Virus record (IMG/VR): IMGVR_UViG_3300038461_000154
Strand: one strand, 5' to 3'
DNA from: an uncultured virus (IMG/VR IMGVR_UViG_3300038461_000154)
Taxonomy: Duplodnaviria > Heunggongvirae > Uroviricota > Caudoviricetes
Length of the DNA: 64,000 nt
A program made the translations under genes and the position numbers. Under the pieces are notes generated by a model. The model saw only the letters and a list, made by a program, of their open reading frames with translations. It was not told the DNA's origin and did not search any database. Shown here in pieces: positions 45,133 through 52,950 of the stretch; positions within the stretch are counted from its first letter, which is position 1; each line of letters starts with the position of its first letter.

Positions 45133-45873
45133 TCAATCATTTTTCTGCAAATTCATCGGAACCTGAATAGTAATCTTCAAGTCATTCCCGTCTGTATCTG
45201 AGTGATGATAAATCTCTTCAAGAATATCGGCAGCGGCTATTTCATCACCCTTCTTTGCCTTTTCAAGCCGCCCCACCAAACGTTTCATCCCTTTGTAATA
45301 CTTCGTGTTCCTCTCAAAATCTTCCTTTGATTCTTCTTGCATCCTTTCAATTTGTTCTCTGGCGTATTTAGGTATCTTTGCCAATTCTTCTTTAGGCAGA
45401 GTCCAAGCCGGTTCTGGCTCTTCCGGGTCTTCAATCCAAATAAGACCTTCCTCAATATCTTGGAAAATCTGCAATGCAATTTTACCCATATCTTCATGCT
45501 TATTGACAAGATAAAATGTTGTGCCGTATTCACTCTTTACGCCGATAACCTTTGGCAAACGATAATAACCATCTTGCAGCCGCGCAAGCAGGTTATCGGC
45601 CAAGTCCCTATAGGCAAAGTCCATCAAAATCAAGTTGGGAGCTTTTGGCTTAGGATTCTGTTCCTGATATTTTTTCTCAAACGATATGCTGTCTTCCCGC
45701 GAGATATCAGTCTTACCAAATTTCTTGTCGCGTGTTTTGTAGTATTCATCAAACCACGTCATCCATTCAACATAGAAAGCATAGAGTTTTTGTTCAACTT
45801 CGTTTGAGGGCTTGAAACTCCTACTCTTTTCTATGACTTTTGCAATGTTTCTTGCCATGTTTTTAGTCCTCAC
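45133..45873 (-). CDS. Hypothetical protein
   Basis: 246-aa ORF. Confidence 0.75.
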   Translation of the reverse strand: MRTKNMARNIAKVIEKSRSFKPSNEVEQKLYAFYVEWMTWFDEYYKTRDKKFGKTDISREDSISFEKKYQEQNPKPKAPNLILMDFAYRDLADNLLARLQDGYYRLPKVIGVKSEYGTTFYLVNKHEDMGKIALQIFQDIEEGLIWIEDPEEPEPAWTLPKEELAKIPKYAREQIERMQEESKEDFERNTKYYKGMKRLVGRLEKAKKGDEIAAADILEEIYHHSDTDGNDLKITIQVPMNLQKND

Positions 45874-46084
45874 ATTTCTGTGTATTAACCACCGCCAAAA
45901 AACCCTTTTCTGCTGCTGCTTGTAAACACTTCAAACACGTCACATCTTTCAAATTTTCTGACAGTATGGGAGCCATTTCACCACACAACGCGGTAGCATC
46001 AAAAGACATTTGCTTTGGACGCTTGAAGTAATGCGTCTTCAGCTTCGCTATACGCGCATGGTCAAGTGGTTTATATATCTCCAC
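45863..46084 (-). CDS. Small H..LCG..CxxC zinc-finger protein
   Basis: KTHY...ALCG...VTCLKC. Confidence 0.65.
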   Translation of the reverse strand: MEIYKPLDHARIAKLKTHYFKRPKQMSFDATALCGEMAPILSENLKDVTCLKCLQAAAEKGFLAVVNTQKCED

Positions 46085-46436
46085 GGCTCTTTTGCCTTTC
46101 TCCTAACTCCTTGCTTTTCTGACAGGCCAATTCAAACGAAGAACCTATCGCCTTGTATATATCGTTAGGATGATAACCTTCTTTAAACAATTTTTCACCA
46201 GAATAATGCCACTCTTCTGCTAGTTCATGACATTTCTTACAAAGTGTTGCACCGTTTTCCTTTACAGAACCACCAGCCATAATTGAGCGGTCCATGATGT
46301 GATGCGCGTCAAGTTCTTCTTTGGCTTTTTCTGGTGACGAAACGAAACCACACTTCACGCAACGGTATTTATCACGACTGAAAACAGCGTATCTAAAGTT
46401 GTTTCTGATTTGTTTTTTCGTCTTAGAGATATCCAT
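46071..46436 (-). CDS. HNH endonuclease
   Basis: VFSRDKYRCVKCG...LDAHHI...NGATLCKKCH. Confidence 0.85.
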   Translation of the reverse strand: MDISKTKKQIRNNFRYAVFSRDKYRCVKCGFVSSPEKAKEELDAHHIMDRSIMAGGSVKENGATLCKKCHELAEEWHYSGEKLFKEGYHPNDIYKAIGSSFELACQKSKELGERQKSRGDI

Positions 46437-46737
46437 GTTCTTTACCCCACTTCAACCAATCTTCCCGAATGTCTCCATACTTACCAGCGTGTTCCTTTAG
46501 TATGGGTTGGGCACCAGTGATGGCTGTCAATGCAGGACTCCACCAACCGCTTTGGTAATGTTCTTGCCACTCTTTCAGGATTATCGGCACCATACGCGGG
46601 CCTAGTGCGATAATCATTTGATAGGCCGGATGCTTTATCATGGCCTTATGAGAAGCACAGAGAATCACTTTTCTATCGGTTGCCCATAGACGATGTAGCT
46701 TCTTGAATAGCCTTTGTAACTCTGCATCATTTTGCAT
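46423..46737 (-). CDS. Conserved hypothetical protein
   Basis: HPAYQ.II.LG...VP.IL...W..AL.AITG..P...W..WG pattern. Confidence 0.7.
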   Translation of the reverse strand: MQNDAELQRLFKKLHRLWATDRKVILCASHKAMIKHPAYQMIIALGPRMVPIILKEWQEHYQSGWWSPALTAITGAQPILKEHAGKYGDIREDWLKWGKEHGYL

Positions 46738-46900
46738 TCTTAAAAATCCAAGTCACACTTTTCCTCTAAACCACTAGGCGGCTGGACTATGTTTTGCTCT
46801 TGCATTATCATCCAATCGTAATCATGAAGCGCCGGTTCATGCATTACCCTAACGGAATAACAGCCAGTCAAAAACGGAAGTAGAAAAAAAATCAAACTTC

Positions 46901-47509
46901 TCATATTGCGGTTGCCTCACTTTCAATTTTCTCTTCAACCAACCGGAAACCAGTAACCTTGATTTTTGAAATGGCTGCGAACTTCTTGGCACGCTCTTTC
47001 ATGAAGTCTATCTCTTTATCTGTCGGCTTTCGAGAACAGAAAATAGCCACAGACAGGTAAGCGGGCCATTTATGAACCTTTTTCAACTTCATGGCATCGT
47101 TGATTTTTTTCTCATACCGTTTGATTTCACTCTTCTTATCGGCTTCACTCCAATAAGAACGCTTTGCTTGCTTTATGTATCCACCAGTAATCTCTTTCGC
47201 TGCTTTGCGGTAATCTACTAATGCTTCGGCTTCTTGACCATCCTTAAAATGCCCGCCGTCACCGTGATTAAACCATCCCGGTGTTGGATAAATATTGACT
47301 GGCCGCATACAAGGGCAGTCATCACTACCATCAACACGGTTTTCTATAAAATCAAGAGGCTGTTTATGAGTTTCTTTCTTGTATTGCACCGCTTCTTCTT
47401 GCCCTACACCACATTCACCAATTTGACCAGTAATATAAGCGCACATCTGCCGCTCAAAGTTTCCAGCGTATTGTTCAGTATCAATGACAAACATATAATT
47501 TTTACTCAC
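46901..47509 (-). CDS. Hypothetical phage protein
   Basis: FVIDTEQYAGNFERQMCAYITG; RBS AAGGAG, GTG. Confidence 0.7.
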   Translation of the reverse strand: MSKNYMFVIDTEQYAGNFERQMCAYITGQIGECGVGQEEAVQYKKETHKQPLDFIENRVDGSDDCPCMRPVNIYPTPGWFNHGDGGHFKDGQEAEALVDYRKAAKEITGGYIKQAKRSYWSEADKKSEIKRYEKKINDAMKLKKVHKWPAYLSVAIFCSRKPTDKEIDFMKERAKKFAAISKIKVTGFRLVEEKIESEATAI

Positions 47510-47876
47510 GTTTTGCTCCTTTTTCGTGTAACCACTCACAAATTAAAGGAACGAACTTAGCGTCAGGCAATGTCCCAAAAAACTCCCAACCGGAACCTTT
47601 GCCCGTTGTCTTTCCATCACTGTACAGAACGAAATCAAGCACTTTGTCATCAAGTGTAGCCCTAAAACAATAACATCTGTACAAGAACTCTCCACTGAAA
47701 GACCAATCCGACTTACCCCACAACTTTCTGCAAACATCATGGTGTAAATCATACATGTTTTGGTAATCCAACAAATGCAGACAATCCATATGAGCACTAT
47801 GATTAAGCCAATGAAAGCTGTTTTCATCTTTATGAAGTTTGCGGCCATTTTGTAACCGTTCTATTTTGAAAGCCAT
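47502..47876 (-). CDS. Hypothetical protein
   Basis: RBS GGGAG. Confidence 0.65.
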   Translation of the reverse strand: MAFKIERLQNGRKLHKDENSFHWLNHSAHMDCLHLLDYQNMYDLHHDVCRKLWGKSDWSFSGEFLYRCYCFRATLDDKVLDFVLYSDGKTTGKGSGWEFFGTLPDAKFVPLICEWLHEKGAKRE

Positions 47877-47878
47877 AA

Positions 47879-48136
47879 TCAAACTCCCATAGAAGGCGCT
47901 ACAATGATGATGAAAGATTCGTCGCTAGTAACTGTGTTGATATCCTGAATCACGTCTGTCACTCTAAAGTAGTGAAGGAACACATCACCACATTCCTTTG
48001 CCATGCTATCTCTGGCGTGCTTCAAACGCAAGACAATTGTGGTTCCAATCTGTGGTATGGCTTTGACTTCAATACTAGAAGCAAAGACTTCCACACTACT
48101 TTTCCCACACTCTTTTTCAGCAAATGCAACCCACAT
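47879..48136 (-). CDS. Hypothetical protein
   Basis: RBS AAGGAG. Confidence 0.6.
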   Translation of the reverse strand: MWVAFAEKECGKSSVEVFASSIEVKAIPQIGTTIVLRLKHARDSMAKECGDVFLHYFRVTDVIQDINTVTSDESFIIIVAPSMGV

Positions 48137-48530
48137 CGCAAGCTCCTTTATCAAAAAGCTGTTGGACTTTGCCTTCCGAAATTACAAACATCGGCAACTT
48201 TAACAACTTAGCATCCCATTCAATGTGTTTACCATCACGAAAAGGTACATTGATTTTGCCATCATTCTCCATTTGCGTTGCACAGGGGCCGGTACATTTA
48301 GTCCAACCAAACGGCGCTTTTAGATATGTTTCTTTGTTCTCTTCCAAACGAATATCACCTTTGGAGAGTGGCACGTTTAAGTAATAATAGCATCGCCAAA
48401 CAAAGTTCGTAACTTCTTTCCCAAGAAAATTGATAAGAGGTTCCTTCCGTCTTTCCTTGCCTTCAAAGCTCCACTCTAAAATCAAACAAGGAATTTTGTG
48501 TACCTTTTTAACCGTCAATGCTTTCTTCAT
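48117..48530 (-). CDS. Hypothetical protein
   Basis: RBS AAGGA; variant promoter TTACGATACAAT 48560-71. Confidence 0.7.
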   Translation of the reverse strand: MKKALTVKKVHKIPCLILEWSFEGKERRKEPLINFLGKEVTNFVWRCYYYLNVPLSKGDIRLEENKETYLKAPFGWTKCTGPCATQMENDGKINVPFRDGKHIEWDAKLLKLPMFVISEGKVQQLFDKGACDVGCIC

Positions 48531-48613
48531 CGCAGCATCCTTTTATCCAATCACCGCTCATTGTATCGTAATAATAGCGGGAGATTCTTATAATATAGAA
48601 AGGAATTTGTATT

Positions 48614-48871
48614 TTAGGTAGATTTTAAGTTTACAGCATGTTCCACATCATAAGGGCAGCATTCAGGCGGATTTCTGTAGCGGCTTGTATATTCATCTCT
48701 CATATTATCATCAAAGAGCGTTTTTGTCATAACCCAAATATTGTAACACTCTTGAATCTTCTTAGCTTTATAAATACACCATATTGTGCCTTGTTTATCC
48801 CATTTATGTTGGTCTATGGTAAGGCCATTTATCTCATAGCATTTCTTACAAACTATAAGGGAAAGAGGCAT
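48614..48871 (-). CDS. MLNK/CPYxLE family member
   Basis: LIVCKKC...PPECCPYDVEH. Confidence 0.85.
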   Translation of the reverse strand: MPLSLIVCKKCYEINGLTIDQHKWDKQGTIWCIYKAKKIQECYNIWVMTKTLFDDNMRDEYTSRYRNPPECCPYDVEHAVNLKST

Positions 48872-49186
48872 TTAATCACACCCTTGGTTAACGAGTTGTT
48901 CCAAAGGATATTGGCAATGCTTTGGTATTTCTACTTGACGAATGTTTTTTGGCATCCATCTTGTTTCATTGTGTATTATCTTCGTATCAAGAACTTTTCT
49001 TCCAAAGTTCTGATACGGGCATGGCACAAAGTGTGGGAAAATAGCAATCTCAAGCCATTCATCCAATTCGGTGTCAAATCTTTTTGCTGCATTCTGATGC
49101 CACTGATACCACGCAGACGACTTACAATGTTCGCGGATACACTTTTTACAAATAGGAATGTTAAACTTAAATGGTTGCTTTAGCAT
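48872..49186 (-). CDS. MLNK/CPYxLE family member
   Basis: PICKKC...PKHCQYPLEQ. Confidence 0.8.
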   Translation of the reverse strand: MLKQPFKFNIPICKKCIREHCKSSAWYQWHQNAAKRFDTELDEWLEIAIFPHFVPCPYQNFGRKVLDTKIIHNETRWMPKNIRQVEIPKHCQYPLEQLVNQGCD

Positions 49187-49584
49187 TCTTGATGCACCAA
49201 CTGTTCTAACATATACTCACAATGAACCGGAATTGAATCTCCATCTATTTGCCGTTGTGACATTGATGACACACTCACCCTATGCCAAGCGTCTAGCTCG
49301 TATTCTACCAAACTACCAAATGTAATGTACGGACAAGGATAAACACTTTTTTCCCACCATCGCTGTAACCAAATCTCAAAAGTGCAGTTAGAATTGAACT
49401 GCAACTTGATGGTTTCTTTTCTGTCGGTTGGAAAACGAGAGCCATAATCTGTCAAACAAGGATTAATTAAATAAGGATTATTTGGGCTAAGAGAAAACCA
49501 ACCTTTCATAGATAAGGTATCACTTGCCAACTTCTGGCTTAAATGTTCATGCAAACATTTTTTACAAATTACAAGATTTATCAT
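49180..49584 (-). CDS. MLNK/CPYxLE family member (long insert)
   Basis: MINLVICKKC...PVHCEYMLEQ. Confidence 0.8.
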   Translation of the reverse strand: MINLVICKKCLHEHLSQKLASDTLSMKGWFSLSPNNPYLINPCLTDYGSRFPTDRKETIKLQFNSNCTFEIWLQRWWEKSVYPCPYITFGSLVEYELDAWHRVSVSSMSQRQIDGDSIPVHCEYMLEQLVHQEC

Positions 49585-49775
49585 ACTTGAAACATTTTCA
49601 TATCTTGAGGATAGAGCAAGCCGTTTTCAACGCCAAACTGTGTAAGTGTTTTGATTTGTATGGCCAAATCCTTTTCTTCTTCGGTTTGACTTATTCTCCT
49701 TTTTTTCTCTAACTGATTCAGGGAAACAATTAGCCTTGCTCTGACTTGCCCCATTGATTCAGTAGTTGCAGTCAT
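49581..49775 (-). CDS. Hypothetical protein
   Basis: RBS AAGGAG; ATGA overlap. Confidence 0.6.
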   Translation of the reverse strand: MTATTESMGQVRARLIVSLNQLEKKRRISQTEEEKDLAIQIKTLTQFGVENGLLYPQDMKMFQV

Positions 49776-49818
49776 CTCTTGAACATTCTCCTTATCTATG
49801 CAGCACCTTAAAACAAAC

Positions 49819-50075
49819 AGCCCCTTCCCCTGCCTTCCAATGCGTTACTTTCCAGTGCTTTCCAGTGCTGTTCCCTTCCGCTCCCATTCACTTCAATGGG
49901 GAACTACGAATCTGGAAAAATGGCCTTTCCTCTCCGATAGCGTCCTTTCATATCCATTGCTCTCCTCTACCTTGATTGCATTCAACAACAATTACAAATC
50001 TGAAAAGAGCCTTCCCTTTCGGTCCTGTGCATTGCTCTCATCTCCACTTCCATAACATTGCTTTCCCTTACTTCC
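49819..50075 (-). ncRNA. Array of three (GNA-NN)n pentamer tracts, candidate guide RNAs
   Basis: Tracts about 50008-50075, 49923-49984, 49819-49896; linkers CAGATTTGTAAT (49991-50002) and CAGATTCGTAGT (49903-49914). Confidence 0.75.
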
Positions 50076-50127
50076 ATTTTATACAGAAACAACCAATAGT
50101 TATGAAGACTTTTCGGTATAATCTTGT

Positions 50128-50889
50128 ATGGACTTGACACCGTTCCTAGACAAAATCATCTGTGCCGATTGTAAAACAGTCTTGCCTGATATCCCAAGCG
50201 AGTCAGTAGATTTGACTGTGATTGACCCGCCTTATTTCGGCGTCACTAAAGAAGAATGGGATGTAGAGGCTTTAGACGAAAATCTTGTCAAAGAACTGCA
50301 TCGTATCCTTAAACCCACCGGCAACATTTACATTTGGTGCGGCATTGGTGAAAAATCCCAAAGTCTCATACGATGGTTTCCATTGTTCTCTAAATTGTTT
50401 CACTTCAAAGACTTAATCACATGGAAGAAAAATCGCGGTATAGGAATGCGGAAAGGCTGGCTCTATACGCGAGAAGAGTGTATGTGGTTTGTCAAAGACA
50501 ACAGCCAATTCGTCTGGAATGTTGCGGAACAATACAGTACCGAAAAGCGGCCTTGGAACGTCTATAAAAAAGGCGGGGCAATGGTCAACAAATCTGAATT
50601 TAAACGTTTTACAAATGTGTGGACAGATATCAACGAAGTTGGCTTTGGCACCTGTCCTAAAAAATATCATCAAGAACGTTGGAAGTTTAACCACTTCACA
50701 CCAAAACCAGTTGAAGCCATAGAACGCATCATAAAACTGCATACAAAAGAAGGCGATGTGGTACTTGATTGTTTTTTGGGAAGTGGAACAACAACAGTAG
50801 CGGCTAAGACTTTAAACCGCCACTACATTGGTATCGAAAAAAATCCTGAATACTGCAAAATAGCTCAACAAAGAACTGAAGAAAGTTAA
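50128..50889 (+). CDS. DNA N6-adenine/N4-cytosine methyltransferase, beta class
   Basis: DPPY before HFTPKP and VLDCFLGSGTT...YIGIE. Confidence 0.92.
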   Translation: MDLTPFLDKIICADCKTVLPDIPSESVDLTVIDPPYFGVTKEEWDVEALDENLVKELHRILKPTGNIYIWCGIGEKSQSLIRWFPLFSKLFHFKDLITWKKNRGIGMRKGWLYTREECMWFVKDNSQFVWNVAEQYSTEKRPWNVYKKGGAMVNKSEFKRFTNVWTDINEVGFGTCPKKYHQERWKFNHFTPKPVEAIERIIKLHTKEGDVVLDCFLGSGTTTVAAKTLNRHYIGIEKNPEYCKIAQQRTEES

Positions 50890-51136
50890 CCCTTTCAATG
50901 CTCTACAATCCGCTCCTTTACATTGCTCTTCTCTTCAGTCCTCTCCGTTGTTGACTACAAATCTGATTAAAAACCTTTTCCTTACAATCCACTCTGTTAC
51001 TTTGCTTTGCTTTACGGTCCTCTCCTTTTATTGACTGCGAATCTGATAAATAGCCTCTTCCTTCCAATCCTTTACAGTCATATCCACTAGGCATCCGTTT
51101 CTTTCCATTTGTTTCCATTACCATCCACTGCAATCC
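50889..51136 (-). ncRNA. Array of three (GNA-NN)n pentamer tracts, candidate guide RNAs
   Basis: Tracts 51053-51136 (16 units), 50973-51025 (10), 50889-50946 (11 perfect); linkers CAGATTCGCAGTC (51033-45) and CAGATTTGTAGTC (50953-65). Confidence 0.8.
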
Positions 51137-51138
51137 TC

Positions 51139-51345
51139 TTATTTATTGCATGGAATGGGCTTTAATTTGGAAAGCCGTACAATTGAATCAAGTTGTTTCT
51201 TTACTTCTTTTGGAGATTTATAGACCATAGCAGAGCAGATTAAAATTCCGTTTCCATCACGCAAAGTAACGTTTTCAAGATTCCAAACACCATCAGGAAC
51301 AACTGCCATTCCAACAACAAGACGGTTTAATTTTAGTGTTTCCAT
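51139..51345 (-). CDS. Hypothetical protein in the RAMP-like operon
   Basis: RBS GAGGAGG. Confidence 0.7.
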   Translation of the reverse strand: METLKLNRLVVGMAVVPDGVWNLENVTLRDGNGILICSAMVYKSPKEVKKQLDSIVRLSKLKPIPCNK

Positions 51346-51356
51346 CTTACCTCCTC

Positions 51357-51620
51357 TTAACCTTGTGCGCCAGTGTTGCCAGTGCCTTGAATCTTGTATG
51401 GCTTTAAAAACACTCTCAAAAATTCCACGTCAAAATCAGCAATATCAACTAAAAGCATTTGTTCTTTGCTTAATGGAGTTGCACCACCGCTAAAACCAGT
51501 TCCATCATTGCGTGACCCTTGGTTGTACACCATGTGCCCTTTGTAAAAAACTTCTGTTTCCACGCAATTTGGATTGACCACAATACGAATTTCACCAAGA
51601 TGTGGCTTGCGGGACTTCAT
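51357..51620 (-). CDS. Hypothetical protein in the RAMP-like operon
   Basis: ATGA overlap with upstream gene. Confidence 0.65.
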   Translation of the reverse strand: MKSRKPHLGEIRIVVNPNCVETEVFYKGHMVYNQGSRNDGTGFSGGATPLSKEQMLLVDIADFDVEFLRVFLKPYKIQGTGNTGAQG

Positions 51621-52120
51621 TTTTTATTTTCCAATTGCGGCTGATTATGTTTTCCAGAGAGTGCCAAAATGCCCATTGCTTGTCTGCGGATAGCTTTTTC
51701 CAAAGAAAATTGGCTCTCTGCTGTAAGATGATTCCGGTCAATCTCGCATGTTCTGGCGTGGTTGCCGATGTAGCGAGTGACGATTTTTGCTTCTCTGAAC
51801 TCACGGTATTGTAACGCTTGTTCATCAGTCAAACAGCACAAATCGCCCCGGATTACACGGCAAGTAAGAGGTTGGCTCCTATCGGCAAAATAAGACTCTA
51901 CACGCTTGGCCAACAACATGGATTCAAACCTATATTCAGGTTGCTCCACTTGAAAACCAAACATCTTCTCCAAGTAGGATGCAGGAACAGTAGCACCCTT
52001 GTAGAGCTTATCAAATTCAATGGAATACTTCTGTAGCGACACTGGCACTACAGGGGTAATCGAAGTCTCTGTCTGTGTTCCAGTTACATTAATATCAACG
52101 TCTGGTTGACTCACATCCAC
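51617..52120 (-). CDS. Hypothetical accessory protein downstream of the RAMP-like gene
   Basis: RBS AGGAGG; 167-aa ORF. Confidence 0.75.
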   Translation of the reverse strand: MDVSQPDVDINVTGTQTETSITPVVPVSLQKYSIEFDKLYKGATVPASYLEKMFGFQVEQPEYRFESMLLAKRVESYFADRSQPLTCRVIRGDLCCLTDEQALQYREFREAKIVTRYIGNHARTCEIDRNHLTAESQFSLEKAIRRQAMGILALSGKHNQPQLENKK

Positions 52121-52140
52121 CTCCTGTTTATACCAAAACT

Positions 52141-52785
52141 CTATTTATTTTGTAGACTGAGAGATTCAGTCTCACTAATAACACCAGCGCCTTCCTTATA
52201 GCGAACATGCTCTGCTTTTTCGATTTTGAAAAGCCCGTATCTCGGACGCCAATCGCTCAAGCCGATGAATCTTCCTGCGTTCTTTGCCGCTTCAAGAATT
52301 TGGTTGAATTCTATGACATCCGGCAAGAAGTTAATGGTCAACGTGGCAGACCACGAATGGAAAATTGGACGAGTACGCATAATTCTAGAACGATTGATGA
52401 CAACACCAGTCGTCAAACGGAAATTAAGGTTCTCGAAAAGTTGTTTGGAATTCTTTGGACCTTCATACTCCAAAAGAGTATCTTCACAAAGAATGCCGGT
52501 TGTGGCTTGAACACCTAGACGATTTCTTTTCGCGCCTGCCACAATCATTGCCTGAATGTTATCATCAGGCCAGATTACTTGGCTCTTTTCATTCAAGTAC
52601 AACGAACCTTCATGTTCGATTCGCGCCATATCTTCATGGTCTTTGTCTGTCTTCTTTCTCTTTGATGTTATTTCCTTGAGTTTCTTTGAGTAAACATCAA
52701 GAGGATTTGCCAAGCGCCCGTTGTGTTGAATGGTAGGTGTCATGCCCGTGATGCGAATGATGGCCATATCGTAGCCCGGTATCAT
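52141..52785 (-). CDS. Stand-alone RAMP/Cas7-like protein (Vipr-like candidate)
   Basis: IRITGMTPTIQH (beta1-TP), VIWPDDNIQAMIVAGA (P-helix), C-terminal Gly loop AGRFIGLSDWRPRYGLF; RBS AAGGAGG. Confidence 0.65.
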   Translation of the reverse strand: MIPGYDMAIIRITGMTPTIQHNGRLANPLDVYSKKLKEITSKRKKTDKDHEDMARIEHEGSLYLNEKSQVIWPDDNIQAMIVAGAKRNRLGVQATTGILCEDTLLEYEGPKNSKQLFENLNFRLTTGVVINRSRIMRTRPIFHSWSATLTINFLPDVIEFNQILEAAKNAGRFIGLSDWRPRYGLFKIEKAEHVRYKEGAGVISETESLSLQNK

Positions 52786-52813
52786 CTTCTTCCTCCTTTT
52801 TGAGAGAAAACGA

Positions 52814-52852
52814 ACCTCTCCCTTGCCTTGCCTTCGGTTGCCTTCCAAGTCC
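52814..52852 (-). repeat. Short (GNA-NN)n tract in the 5' leader of the RAMP-like gene
   Basis: GGA AG GCA AC CGA AG GCA AG GCA AG GGA GA GGT then T-run. Confidence 0.7.
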
Positions 52853-52861
52853 CATTCTGCG

Positions 52862-52869
52862 ATTATACA
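52862..52869 (-). promoter_or_regulatory. Sigma70-type -10 box (TG-TATAAT) for the RAMP-like operon
   Basis: Perfect TATAAT just upstream of the leader tract. Confidence 0.6.
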
Positions 52870-52950
52870 GAGAAGCCCTATATGCTTTTGAGAAAAAATT
52901 TTCTATTTTGTGATTGTGAGCAGAAGCTTTTCCGGTTTCTGCAATTGAGA

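Noticed and set aside
49766..51133. ORFs 49766..49975, 49798..50055, 50918..51133 and the N-terminal extension 52786..52848
   Set aside because: They translate the period-5 tracts, which is incompatible with codon structure; low complexity and no convincing RBS.
49819..51136. Classical CRISPR array or simple microsatellite
   Set aside because: No identical 23-47-nt repeats and no cas1/2. The units are not copies of one pentamer; only positions 1 and 3 are fixed.
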